Shown in pieces: positions 10,167 through 20,327 of a stretch of 64,000 bases of DNA. The position numbers and the translations under genes are program-made. Each line of letters opens with the position of its first letter. Position 1 is the stretch's first letter. The stretch comes from an uncultured Marinicella sp. (GTDB taxonomy: Bacteria; Pseudomonadota; Gammaproteobacteria; Xanthomonadales; Marinicellaceae), in contig CAZVZJ010000005.1 of NCBI GenBank assembly GCA_964631055.1, forward strand, positions 12,472 to 76,471. The letters are read 5' to 3'. The notes under the pieces were generated by a model. It had not been told where the DNA came from and did not search any database. It saw only the letters and a list, made by a program, of their open reading frames with translations.

Positions 10167-11983
10167 CAGAAAACATCATGTTAACTATTGCCGTTATCGG
10201 CATATTGGGTTCCATGGCGCAATGGTTGGCATGGTGGTTAAAGCTACCTTCAATACTGCTGTTATTATTGTTGGGTATAGTTTTAGGTAAACCAGTCACT
10301 GGCTTGATTGATCCGGACCTGTTGTTTGGAGACTTGCTCTTTCCGATGGTTTCTCTGGCGGTTTCGGTGATTTTGTTTGAAGGGGCTTTAACGCTTAATT
10401 TCAGTCAAATCCGTGGTTTAGAGTCAGTGGTTAGGCGCATGGTCACTGTAGGCATGTTGGTTACTTGGTTAACCATAGCATTGGCCACCCACTGGCTTTT
10501 GGGTCTGTCATGGTTGATGTCTTTACTATTTGGTTCTTTGGTGGTGGTGACTGGACCAACAGTTATTGTGCCCATGTTGCGAATTTTGAAACTGAATAAG
10601 AAAGTAGCTAATGTACTTCGTTGGGAAGGGATTGTGATTGATCCATTAGGTGCTTTATTGGCAGTGTTGGTCTTTAATTTCATCATTTCATCACAGGGGG
10701 CTGTTGGCTTATTCGCAGTTGCCTTAGATTTTGGTTGGATCTTGCTGATAGGTTGTGTCTTGGGTGCCATAGCTGGTGCATTTATGGGCTTGGTGCTGCG
10801 TCGTCATTGGTTGCCAGAATATTTACACAATGTATTTACCCTGACTTTGGTTTTTGCGGTATTTGCAGTTTCAGATTTATTAGCACATGAGTCAGGTTTA
10901 TTAACCGTGACGGTCATGGGTATGTGGCTGGCTAACAGCAAGAACACTCCGGTTGAAGATATTTTAAACTTCAAAGAATCTTTAACGGTGTTGTTGATAT
11001 CAGGGTTATTTATCATATTAGCAGCGAGATTAGATTTGGATCAGTTTTTACAAATAGGTTGGTTATCTATTGTGTTGTTTTTAGTGATTCAGTTTGTCGC
11101 CCGGCCATTAAAAGTCATGGTGTCTACTTGGGGCTCTGGATTGACCACCAAAGAAAAAATTGTGCTTTCATGGGTAGCGCCCAGAGGTATTGTGGCAGCA
11201 GCAGTATCGGCATTGTTTGCTTTAAAACTTGAGCAACAAGGGTACACCGAAGGTGAATTGTTGGTTTCATTGACATTTATGGTGATCATCGGAACGGTCG
11301 TATTTCAATCAGCAACAGCTGGTTTTTTAGCGAACAAATTAGGTGTGGCGAACCCAGAATCAAAAGGAATTTTGATGGTGGGCAGTAACCCTGTGGCCAT
11401 AGCCATTGCGGAAGCATTGAATAAACATGGCTTTGAATGCATGCTGAGTGATTCACATTGGCGCTACATCAAAGAGGCGCGCATGAAAGACATCAAAACT
11501 TACTACGGTAATGTGGTTTCTGAGCATGCAGATCACCATTTAGACCTCATTGGTGTGGGTAAATTAATCGCCGTTTCAATGAATAAAGACCTTAATCTTT
11601 TGGCAGCGGCTCGTTACAAAAATGAGTTTGGTGTGGCCAATATCTTTACCTTGAGTAGCGATGAAAAAAACAAAGATGAGGCAAAACATGGGGTTTCAAA
11701 AGAAGGGAAAGCCCGACACCTGTTTGACAAAGATGTCAGCTATGCAAAATTAGCCAGTTTATTGGCACAAGGCGCTCAAATAAAAGCCACATTATTAACA
11801 TCGGAATTTGGTTATGAAGCCTATTTAGCCAAGCATGGAAATCAAGTTATACCAATGTTCGGAATTTCTCCCGACGGTAAACAACTGAGGGTGTTCACCC
11901 GCAAAGCAAGCATAGAAAAACTATCAGAAGACTGGAAAGTGGTTGGTTTGATAAAACATAGGGCTGAAAAACCCATGGCTTGA
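10163..11983 (+). CDS. cation:proton (Na+/H+) antiporter, CPA1-type, with C-terminal RCK/TrkA_N-like domain
   Basis: The first ~400 aa form a polytopic exchanger domain. It is followed by ILMVGSNPVAIAIAEAL, a Rossmann-like start. Its start overlaps the terC-like stop as ATGA. Confidence 0.85.
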   Translation: MTENIMLTIAVIGILGSMAQWLAWWLKLPSILLLLLLGIVLGKPVTGLIDPDLLFGDLLFPMVSLAVSVILFEGALTLNFSQIRGLESVVRRMVTVGMLVTWLTIALATHWLLGLSWLMSLLFGSLVVVTGPTVIVPMLRILKLNKKVANVLRWEGIVIDPLGALLAVLVFNFIISSQGAVGLFAVALDFGWILLIGCVLGAIAGAFMGLVLRRHWLPEYLHNVFTLTLVFAVFAVSDLLAHESGLLTVTVMGMWLANSKNTPVEDILNFKESLTVLLISGLFIILAARLDLDQFLQIGWLSIVLFLVIQFVARPLKVMVSTWGSGLTTKEKIVLSWVAPRGIVAAAVSALFALKLEQQGYTEGELLVSLTFMVIIGTVVFQSATAGFLANKLGVANPESKGILMVGSNPVAIAIAEALNKHGFECMLSDSHWRYIKEARMKDIKTYYGNVVSEHADHHLDLIGVGKLIAVSMNKDLNLLAAARYKNEFGVANIFTLSSDEKNKDEAKHGVSKEGKARHLFDKDVSYAKLASLLAQGAQIKATLLTSEFGYEAYLAKHGNQVIPMFGISPDGKQLRVFTRKASIEKLSEDWKVVGLIKHRAEKPMA

Positions 11984-12359
11984 GTTGAAAACAAGGGGTT
12001 CTTGATGAACCCCCTGGCTTCAAGGCCAATATTTACCGAAAAGGTTGACTCTTCGGTTTGTGCTGGGGAAACACAACCTTATGTGAGTAAGATAAATATT
12101 AATGCCTAACCTTGGGAGAGGTGAGTTCCCAAAGCTTTCTTGCTCGTATCAAGTAGAACTGGTGACTTTGTTTTTTATTACAAATAATTGATTTTAAATT
12201 CGGTTGAATTTTAAAGCCTATTTCCAATAACCCAGAAATCCTGGGTATTCTCTTGGCTATGATTAACCATAATGTAATTAACCCGTGTTTAATTGGGTGC
12301 ATTAAACAAGTTCAGCAGTATGCAGGCCGTTCTTTAGGTGGGTTTGATTGTCGAAGTGT

Positions 12360-13058
12360 TTATTTTTGTCTTAGGGTGTTTTTTCGAAAACGAAAATATA
12401 ACAGTACAAACCCCGACAAGGTAAACAGGGCAGCAAATAAAGCCGTTAAATATAACAAAGGGTGATTAAAGTCTGTTCGTTCATCATAATCCATGATGTG
12501 TAACATCCATAAAAAGTCAAATAAGCGCCATTGGTTGGTTCGCGTAGCCACTATTTCACCATCATGTTCAGAAATATAAATACGGGTATTTTCTTCATCT
12601 GCCAACTGTACTTGCCATAATGGCGCTTGGCGACCTCTTGCTTCATTAGGAGTTTCTGTAAGTCGTTTAATACTTTGTATTTGAAAACCTGTTTTTAGTT
12701 GAGTATTTAAAATGCGTTTAATGTGTGATTCCGTTAACGATTGAATGGGTTTCATGCTGGGTGTTTCAAATAACCATGAGCGCTCAGCAGTGGTAACCAA
12801 AACGACTGTCTGTCCAAGCCATGGTTTCACAACAAGCGATTTAATGGGTGAATTAACCTGATCAATAATTTGGCTTAAATCAATGTTGTTGAGACGCAGT
12901 GGTTTTGGCTCAGTGGTTTTGAGCAAATGCGCTCCTCGCACTTCATTTATGGGCATATAGCTCATTAAAAACCCACTGATAAACCACAACAGGATTTGAA
13001 TACCGAGAATTAAGCCAAGCCATTTATGGGTTTTTCGAACAAGAAACTGAGGTCGCAT
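12360..13058 (-). CDS. PepSY-type membrane protein
   Basis: It has an N-terminal helix (KWLGLILGIQILLWFISGFLM) and a C-terminal helix flanking a soluble domain, the pattern of PepSY-associated TM proteins. Confidence 0.55.
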   Translation of the reverse strand: MRPQFLVRKTHKWLGLILGIQILLWFISGFLMSYMPINEVRGAHLLKTTEPKPLRLNNIDLSQIIDQVNSPIKSLVVKPWLGQTVVLVTTAERSWLFETPSMKPIQSLTESHIKRILNTQLKTGFQIQSIKRLTETPNEARGRQAPLWQVQLADEENTRIYISEHDGEIVATRTNQWRLFDFLWMLHIMDYDERTDFNHPLLYLTALFAALFTLSGFVLLYFRFRKNTLRQK

Positions 13059-13204
13059 AAAACTGCTGAATTTAAAAAGGCATTTTAAATAATCCTTGCG
13101 TGAAGAAGAAGGTTTATACTTAACTTTTTATTTAACTAACTAAAAGAGACTTTTGCTTGATTGGTGAGTTTTTAACTCTTTTTCCAACTACCCGGAATGA
13201 AGCA

Positions 13205-13594
13205 ATGGCCTCTAAAAATGTCATGAAACAAATCAATAGTGGTTCGGCTTTCGAAAAAGAATTTGCTTATTCACGTGCTGTGGTAACCGGAGAATGGGTC
13301 TTGGTATCAGGCACCACTGGCTATAACTACGACACCATGAGTATCAGTGATTGTGTGGTTGAACAAACCGAGCAATGTTTTAAAAACATCCAAGCAGCTT
13401 TGGAGGAAGCTGGTAGCCACATGACTAAGGTGGTTCGAATTAACTATATATTACCTGATAAAAAAGACTTCAAAGCATGTGCGCCAGTGATTCAACAATA
13501 TTTGTCAAACACACTGCCAGCTGCAACCATGATTGAAGCCGGCTTAATTGATGATGCGATGAAAATAGAAATAGAGGTGACCGCCATCAAATAA
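13205..13594 (+). CDS. RidA/YjgF-family protein
   Basis: It shows a RidA-like pattern (VLVSGTTG...CFKNIQAALEEAG...PAATMIEAGL....KIEIEVTA). The start is set at the first ATG; the ORF opens at TTG 13157. Confidence 0.8.
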   Translation: MASKNVMKQINSGSAFEKEFAYSRAVVTGEWVLVSGTTGYNYDTMSISDCVVEQTEQCFKNIQAALEEAGSHMTKVVRINYILPDKKDFKACAPVIQQYLSNTLPAATMIEAGLIDDAMKIEIEVTAIK

Positions 13595-13625
13595 CCTCCA
13601 AGATTTTTTGATAAGAGGTTTTATA

Positions 13626-14726
13626 TTAATGCCTTAAGAAGTTGGTTACATACACTTCTAGTTTCTGGTTTAAGGCTTGTCCCTGATCGGAGTTGGTCAT
13701 AAAAACATAGCCTTGTTTTGAGTCGATAAAAAACATCATGCCAGATTGAAAATCGCCATTATTTCCACCATGCTCATAACGAATTCCATAGGGGGTTGGT
13801 TCTATAGCAATACCCAAGCCCCAGGCTGTGTCACCAGTCAGATCGAATGTCTTGTGTCCTTTGGGTACGTGGCTTTGTGGACGCAGCATTTCTCTCCACA
13901 GGTGCTTTGGCAGTCCCTTTTTATCCATGACTGCTAATAAGAAATGAGCATAATCTTCGGCATTGGTATGAAGCCTTCCTGCTGCGCCAAAAGTTAATGG
14001 GGTGTCATCGGGAAAAGAACGAGGCCATCCATCATCAGATGTTTGACCTGCTTTATGTCCCATTACCTTATGTTTTTTTATAAATGCTGTTTGAATGAAA
14101 GCGCTTTTATGCATTCCTAATGGTTTGGCTACTTCATTTTGAAACAGTTGATCAAGTGTGGTCATGTTGTGCTCGGTCAAGTGTGCAATAACCATCGCCA
14201 GGTAGTTGAAACCCTCACCTGAATACCCAAATGTGCCAGGTTCGTGTTTTAAATAAATTTGTCCCCTTTTTATATTGCGTTCAACAGGCGCAGGGTTGAA
14301 CCAGCGCCAGTTCGGCAAACCAGTCGTGTGGCTTAATACCATTCTGGCCGTGATTTTGTGGTATCTGGAATCGTATTCGAGCGCTTCGATTGGTAGGTAT
14401 TTATATAAAGGTTGATCAAGGCTTAAAACGCCCTGGTCAACCAAACGCAATGTTAAATATGCAAATACAGGTTTTGACAAAGAAGCGGCTTCGAATATAG
14501 AGTTGTTGTCAACCTTTTTTAGGGTGTCCTTATTAGCGACTCCTTTATTTTTATGGTAGATAATTTGACCATCATTGATAATTGCTATTGAAAGGCCTGG
14601 GATGTCCAGGTTTTGCATTTGTTGGTCGATGAACTGGTCTAGTTCTGCAATGTTGCTTTGGTGCTTAAGTTCTGCTGCACTTGATTGAAAGCATAGCATA
14701 GAACAAATAAGTTTGAAGTACTTCAT
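13626..14726 (-). CDS. serine hydrolase, class C beta-lactamase/PBP-like
   Basis: It has a signal peptide and an SxxK motif (ASLSKPVF), and family-typical length and YSGEG/HTTGL motifs. Confidence 0.85.
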   Translation of the reverse strand: MKYFKLICSMLCFQSSAAELKHQSNIAELDQFIDQQMQNLDIPGLSIAIINDGQIIYHKNKGVANKDTLKKVDNNSIFEAASLSKPVFAYLTLRLVDQGVLSLDQPLYKYLPIEALEYDSRYHKITARMVLSHTTGLPNWRWFNPAPVERNIKRGQIYLKHEPGTFGYSGEGFNYLAMVIAHLTEHNMTTLDQLFQNEVAKPLGMHKSAFIQTAFIKKHKVMGHKAGQTSDDGWPRSFPDDTPLTFGAAGRLHTNAEDYAHFLLAVMDKKGLPKHLWREMLRPQSHVPKGHKTFDLTGDTAWGLGIAIEPTPYGIRYEHGGNNGDFQSGMMFFIDSKQGYVFMTNSDQGQALNQKLEVYVTNFLRH

Positions 14727-14796
14727 CTGAATGGCCTTTATTAATATCACTTAATACCATTAACGCGCATTCTATGTGTTTGGTTATATTTAAAAT

Positions 14797-14823
14797 AAAA
14801 AAACCCCAAGATCAACTTGAGGC
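14797..14823 (-). terminator. rho-independent terminator of dcp
   Basis: On the minus strand, CCTCAAG-TTGAT-CTTGGGG (one G-U pair) is followed by T7, ~28 nt after the dcp stop. Confidence 0.6.
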
Positions 14824-14850
14824 TTTTAGGTTGAGTTATGGTGTATTTAA

Positions 14851-17007
14851 TTATTTTTTAGGAACTGGAAAACCACGGTCACGCATCAGTGCATCAATTG
14901 ATGCGTCACGACCGCGGAACTTACGGTAGGCTTCAGCTGGGTCCATGGCATTGCGTGGTGCAAACAGGTATTTGACCATTTTAGCTGCCACTTCTTTGTC
15001 ATAAAAACCTCCTGGTGCTTCCTTGAAGGCTTCTGAGGCATCAGAGGTTAATACATCGGCCCACATGTAGCCATAATATGCCGTAGCATAACCCTCACCG
15101 GAGAATACGTGTCCAAAGTGGGGTGTGCGGTGACGCATCACTAACTCTTCTGGCATGCCTAAGGCTTTCAAAGTTTCTCTTTCAAACTGATCTGGGTCTA
15201 AACCTTCAGGGTCAGCGATGTGAATCTTCATGTCAATCAAGGCCGAAGCTAAATATTCAGTGGTTGCAAAACCTTGGTTAAAAGTGGCTGCTTTTTTGAT
15301 TTTAGCAATCAACTCTTTCGGAATCACTTCACCTGTTTTGGCGTGTTTCATGTATTTGTTGATCACTTCATCGGTGGATAACCAGCGCTCTAACAACTGT
15401 GACTGAAATTCAGTGTAGTCTCGCACTCCTGAGTTTGATGATGGGAATTTCACATTGGAGGCCAAAAAGTGTAAAGCATGACCAAACTCATGGAAGAATG
15501 TGGTTGCATCATCCCATGAAATAAGCACGGGCTCGCCTGGTGCTGGCTTAATGAAGTTAGAATTGTTGGATGACAACACAGTCTGCTTACCGGCATGAGA
15601 CTCATGTGAACGGTATTGACTGGCCCAAGCGCCTGAGCGTTTACCCGGACGGGCAAATGGATCAAGATACCACAAGCCGATGTGTTCTCCTGAAGTTAAA
15701 TCATTCACTTCCCACACTTTAACATCTGGATGGTAAACGGGCACTTTACCTTCTGGTAATGCGGTGAATTTAAAATTAAATAATTCGCCAGCCACATAAA
15801 ACATGGCTTCAGTCAAATTACCCAACTGCAGGTATTGTTTCACCTCATTTGAATCTAAATCGTATTTTTTCTTACGTACTTTTTCTGCATAATAACGATA
15901 ATCCCAAGGTTTGATGGTGATGTCATGACCCAGTTCATCGGCCACCGCTTGCATATCGGCCACCTCTTCTTTGACTCGGCCGATGGCGGCAGGCCAAACA
16001 GCCTCCATTAATTTCATGGCGTTTTCTGGGTTTTTGGCCATGCGGTTTTGTAATCTCCACTCTGGGTAGTTTTTATGTCCCAATAATTCAACACGTTCGC
16101 GACGGAGTTTAAGTATTTTTGCTATGTTTTTATTGTTATCAAATTCATCGCCATTATCGCCACGAGAATAATAGTTGGTCCAAACCTTCTTTCGCAGTTC
16201 ACGTTCATCAGAATAGGTAAGAAATGGATCCATTGAAGACCGGGTATTGGTGATGGCATAATGACCATCCATGCCTTTATCTTTGGCCGCTTGGGCTGAT
16301 GATTTGACCAGTGACTCAGGTAATCCACTGAGTTGATTGTCATGGATATATGTCACATAACCTTCTTCATCATTCAAAGTATTGTTAGCGAAGTTGGTGT
16401 ATAAACTGGATAGTTCCTTATTAATAGCTGCATAGCGTTTTTTCGAAATATCATCCAGGTTGGCGCCATTCATGGCAAAACCTTCGTAAGTAGTCAAAAC
16501 CAATCTTTGCGACTCTTGTTCTAAAGGGTTTTTCTTGGCATCTTCATAAACTTTTTTGACTCGCTCAAACAGCTTTTTATTCTGCGAAATTTTTGAACGC
16601 ATTTCAGAAAACTTGGGTGAGTATTGCATTTGTAACTTTCGCACTTCTGGACTAGATAAATTGCTGCCCCAAATTCCGAAGTAAGTAAAAGCTCGGCCTA
16701 GTTTTTCACCGGCTTTTTCCATTGCTACGATGGTGTTCTCAAAGGTGGCCGGCTCAGGGTTGTTGGCAATTTTTTCATGATCAGTCAAATTTTCTGCGAT
16801 TGCCACATCAAAAGCAGCTGGCACATCACTTAAATCCATTTGGTCAAATGCAGGAACTCCCCCGTATGGCCCAACCCACTCAGCCAATAAAGGGTTGGTT
16901 GCTTGGGTCTTTTGAGTAGTTGATTGTTGGGCGATGCTCACTGTATAGGTTAAGACTAATGTCAGACCTAACATCCAGGGGATTAATTTATTTGGTTTCA
17001 TTGTCAT
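14851..17007 (-). CDS. dcp: M3-family peptidyl-dipeptidase
   Basis: It is 718 aa with a signal peptide and an HEFGHALH zinc motif, and resembles Dcp/oligopeptidase A overall. Confidence 0.9.
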   Translation of the reverse strand: MTMKPNKLIPWMLGLTLVLTYTVSIAQQSTTQKTQATNPLLAEWVGPYGGVPAFDQMDLSDVPAAFDVAIAENLTDHEKIANNPEPATFENTIVAMEKAGEKLGRAFTYFGIWGSNLSSPEVRKLQMQYSPKFSEMRSKISQNKKLFERVKKVYEDAKKNPLEQESQRLVLTTYEGFAMNGANLDDISKKRYAAINKELSSLYTNFANNTLNDEEGYVTYIHDNQLSGLPESLVKSSAQAAKDKGMDGHYAITNTRSSMDPFLTYSDERELRKKVWTNYYSRGDNGDEFDNNKNIAKILKLRRERVELLGHKNYPEWRLQNRMAKNPENAMKLMEAVWPAAIGRVKEEVADMQAVADELGHDITIKPWDYRYYAEKVRKKKYDLDSNEVKQYLQLGNLTEAMFYVAGELFNFKFTALPEGKVPVYHPDVKVWEVNDLTSGEHIGLWYLDPFARPGKRSGAWASQYRSHESHAGKQTVLSSNNSNFIKPAPGEPVLISWDDATTFFHEFGHALHFLASNVKFPSSNSGVRDYTEFQSQLLERWLSTDEVINKYMKHAKTGEVIPKELIAKIKKAATFNQGFATTEYLASALIDMKIHIADPEGLDPDQFERETLKALGMPEELVMRHRTPHFGHVFSGEGYATAYYGYMWADVLTSDASEAFKEAPGGFYDKEVAAKMVKYLFAPRNAMDPAEAYRKFRGRDASIDALMRDRGFPVPKK

Positions 17008-17241
17008 TTTACTTTCATATTAAATGGGTTGATTATACTTAAACGAAATTTAAATTGTAGCCAGTGCCAAAAGTATTGATCAAGAACAAACCTCATAGGT
17101 ATAGATGGTTTTTACAAAATCTTCACTGTTGATGCCTAAAATGATAAATGTCCAATGAATACTTGAGCTGTGACTTCTTATCCACACCTGAGAGGTCAAT
17201 TCAACTTTCATTGGACTTGAGCTTCAGTTAAGAATGTTGAT

Positions 17242-18948
17242 TTAAAACTCGAATCTGGCACCTAAACTAACAGTGTATTGGTCGTAGTTACTCAGGCCGA
17301 ACAATTGTTGGTACCTTAAATAGAACATTTTTCCGTTAGCAGATACCCAGGTAAGCCCTAAGTTTGCTTGGCTGTAACTGCTTTCTGTGAAATTGGTTTC
17401 AATATTAAATAACTCATCAACTGGCATTCCAATCAGCCTCATTGCCATGATGCCATCGTCTTGATCTTCGTAGTTATGCTGTAAGCTTAGTTGTGGCGAT
17501 ATTACACCAAGTCGGGTACTGAAGGCACGCGAAAGGTTAAAGCCCAAGTTGTATTTCAGTGCTTTAAACTCTTGTTCTGTATAAAAAATATTCCAACCAC
17601 CTGCCCCAGTTTCAGTGAACTGATCTAGGTTATTATTTACATATTCGGCAGTTACATAAGGAGACCAGTTCCAGGCACCGTGATTGAAATTATAGCCAGC
17701 ACTGGATGCAATGGTAAACTGGTCAGATTGAGTTCTACCAACTGCTTCAATATTAATCACTTCATCGATCAAGTTAAAAAGCTCTACACGCGTTTGTTTT
17801 ATGTCAGGCCTTGCAAAACTAACTCGAGTATCAATGTAAAATTTATCAGTGGGCGTAAACAGACCATAGAAGTTGATACTGGCTCCTTCAGAAGACATGT
17901 TTACACCAGAGCCCGTGTTGGAATCCATTTGGTTATAACCCAAGGCAGCCCCTAAGACAAAACGGTTAGAAAATCGGTAATCAACACCAGCACTCAGGCT
18001 ATCGGAATCAAAGCCAAAGCCATCGTTAATCCTTTCAGTATAATCGAAATCACCTGTAGTAATACTGCCATTGATAAAGAAGCCCCACGGAGAGATGAAG
18101 CTTTCTGCTGGGCTGTTTTCATTTTGGTATCCAAGCATAGAAACAGGCAGAGATTCACTGCCATTGTTTAGCTCAAGATCTGCAACGCTAAAACCAGAGA
18201 TTCCAGCTCGTAATTGAGCCATGCGCTGGCCGAGATTAGAAATTTGTGAGGCCACCAGCTTAGTTGAATTTCTGGCTTGGTGAACCACATTCCTGGGTCG
18301 CATCCAACTCATCACACGTGTGATGGTCTCAAAGTCACCCAGTTCCGCTTGTTGTAATAAGTCATCGCAAACACCGTCTAGTGCTGTGTGTAAGCTGGCA
18401 CCAGAACAGTAGGCACCGAGCACTTGAGCGGCTCGAGCGAATAAAGCCCTGCGTGATTCAGGCATACTGGTCAACATACCTGATGCATAATCACTGATAC
18501 TGGGTAAAGGGTTAACGTCAAAAACAACCAATTCACTGTTGTTACTGATATTAGGGTCAGGATTAGGAGAAAAAACTTCGGCCGAAAGGATCAGGTCTTG
18601 AGGGTCTTCTTGTTCTATCAGTTGAACCTTAACCAAAAGAATTTTTTCAGCACCCACTGGAAAATCACCCACATTTTGACAACGAATCTGTCCCTGTTCA
18701 ACCGAGACTTGACATGGTCCCGGGGCTGTAGTGGTGATGTCACTGAAGAGGCCTTGGGTCACATCAACGTTAAGACCTACCCCAGAGGCGTCATTGGGTC
18801 CTTGATTGCGAATGGTGATCTCCATTTTAGCGAAATCGCCAGTGATGATTCTGGATTGGAACAAATTAACCCTAACCCCAACATCTGAATCTTGAGCCCA
18901 CAGTGTGTCAACAAACAACACCATCATTGTGAAAAAAAGTGTACGCAT
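17242..18948 (-). CDS. autotransporter outer-membrane beta-barrel protein with short DUF11-like passenger
   Basis: It has a signal peptide and an N-terminal DUF11-like Ig segment (ITIRNQGPNDASGVGLNVDV). The C-terminal ~280 aa alternate in a beta-barrel pattern ending in ...LGARFEF. Confidence 0.75.
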   Translation of the reverse strand: MRTLFFTMMVLFVDTLWAQDSDVGVRVNLFQSRIITGDFAKMEITIRNQGPNDASGVGLNVDVTQGLFSDITTTAPGPCQVSVEQGQIRCQNVGDFPVGAEKILLVKVQLIEQEDPQDLILSAEVFSPNPDPNISNNSELVVFDVNPLPSISDYASGMLTSMPESRRALFARAAQVLGAYCSGASLHTALDGVCDDLLQQAELGDFETITRVMSWMRPRNVVHQARNSTKLVASQISNLGQRMAQLRAGISGFSVADLELNNGSESLPVSMLGYQNENSPAESFISPWGFFINGSITTGDFDYTERINDGFGFDSDSLSAGVDYRFSNRFVLGAALGYNQMDSNTGSGVNMSSEGASINFYGLFTPTDKFYIDTRVSFARPDIKQTRVELFNLIDEVINIEAVGRTQSDQFTIASSAGYNFNHGAWNWSPYVTAEYVNNNLDQFTETGAGGWNIFYTEQEFKALKYNLGFNLSRAFSTRLGVISPQLSLQHNYEDQDDGIMAMRLIGMPVDELFNIETNFTESSYSQANLGLTWVSANGKMFYLRYQQLFGLSNYDQYTVSLGARFEF

Positions 18949-19034
18949 ATTTCCCTCTGTTTTTTATTATTTTTTATCGAAAACCATTTTTTGTCAAATG
19001 GATAAAAAATGAACCCAGAACAAGTGACTCTTAA

Positions 19035-20261
19035 TTACAACAAATGCCTGACTTCTGGCAGGTATTTTTCAAAAGAGCCGGTGTTAAAAATGACCACCTT
19101 GTCGTTACTTTTTATCAGGTCCATTTGAACCAATGGTTCTATAGCTGCATAGCATGCAGCTCCTTCTGGACATAGCCAAACATGTGTGTCTTGCCAAACT
19201 TCAGATAAGTTTTGGGCAATATCATGTTCATGAATGGCTAAGGATGTACCACCGCTTTTTCTGACAATATCAACCACTTTAAAATGACCCACACCACCAG
19301 CAACATTGAGACCAACAGCCAATGTTTCTCCTGCAGGCGTTGCTTCTGGCTCAAACAAATTTCTGTCTATGGCGTTCTTAACAGGGGGTGTGGCAGCAGA
19401 CTGCACCGCGATGATTTTCGGTCTTTTGTCATTGATCATACCCAGAGCTTCTAATTCATCAAAAGCTTTCCACATACCCAGGATTCCGGTCCCACCTCCA
19501 GTAGGGTATAAAATCACATCAGGTAACTCCCATTGGGCAGATATTTCATTGGGTTCAGCCAATTCTAAGCCCATGGTTTTTTTACCTTCTATTCGCCACC
19601 CTGGTTCTTGGAATGTGGCGACATTAAAGTAACCTTGGTTGAGATACTTTTCTTTCATCAGCATCCCTGCCTCCTTGATGGTGCCTTTAACCATATCGAG
19701 TTGAATATTAGTGTTGTGAAAACTCAAAGCAGCTACATTGCCTTGAATGGGCGCCGGGGTGTCATCCGGCATAATGATAGCCGCACCAAGCTGCATTTGA
19801 TTGGCGTAAAAAGCAAGTGAGTCTCCTGCATTTCCTTGGGTTGGCACGGCTAATTTGGACAGTTTAAAGTGTTGTGCCATATTGGCCACAACAGCCATTC
19901 CTCGGTCTTTAAAGCTTAAAGTCGGGTTTTGGCCAAACCCTTGATGGCCTTTTCCTTCATCCTTGATAAAAAGCTTGAAGCCATGTTTAACTGCCAGTGT
20001 ATGATCAGAATGGTCAAGTAATGGGGTAAAACCTTCACCATGGGATTGATATCCAGAAGAAATGGGCAGCAACCCTGAAAAGCGCCACATGTTTTTTCTT
20101 TGAGGGTGGTACCAAGTTGTTTTTTTTAAGGCTTTTGTGTCATAGACCGCTTGAACGGGCCGTTGGTCATTAGGACACAAGTTCATTGGGGCATCATTGG
20201 TATATTGAGCCCCACAAAATGTGCATTGTAAGTGAGTGAAATGTGGGTTTAATTCTGTCAT
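19035..20261 (-). CDS. threonine synthase-like PLP-dependent enzyme
   Basis: It has an N-terminal Cys-rich zinc ribbon (CTFCG...CPND), the PLP-lysine motif SFKDRGMAV and a glycine-rich loop, PTGGGTG. The start is set at MTELNPHF. Confidence 0.8.
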   Translation of the reverse strand: MTELNPHFTHLQCTFCGAQYTNDAPMNLCPNDQRPVQAVYDTKALKKTTWYHPQRKNMWRFSGLLPISSGYQSHGEGFTPLLDHSDHTLAVKHGFKLFIKDEGKGHQGFGQNPTLSFKDRGMAVVANMAQHFKLSKLAVPTQGNAGDSLAFYANQMQLGAAIIMPDDTPAPIQGNVAALSFHNTNIQLDMVKGTIKEAGMLMKEKYLNQGYFNVATFQEPGWRIEGKKTMGLELAEPNEISAQWELPDVILYPTGGGTGILGMWKAFDELEALGMINDKRPKIIAVQSAATPPVKNAIDRNLFEPEATPAGETLAVGLNVAGGVGHFKVVDIVRKSGGTSLAIHEHDIAQNLSEVWQDTHVWLCPEGAACYAAIEPLVQMDLIKSNDKVVIFNTGSFEKYLPEVRHLL

Positions 20262-20327
20262 GGTTATATTGGGTTTAAGGTTATGATTTGATTTTATCAA
20301 AAAATTTATGGTAGAAAACACCCACTC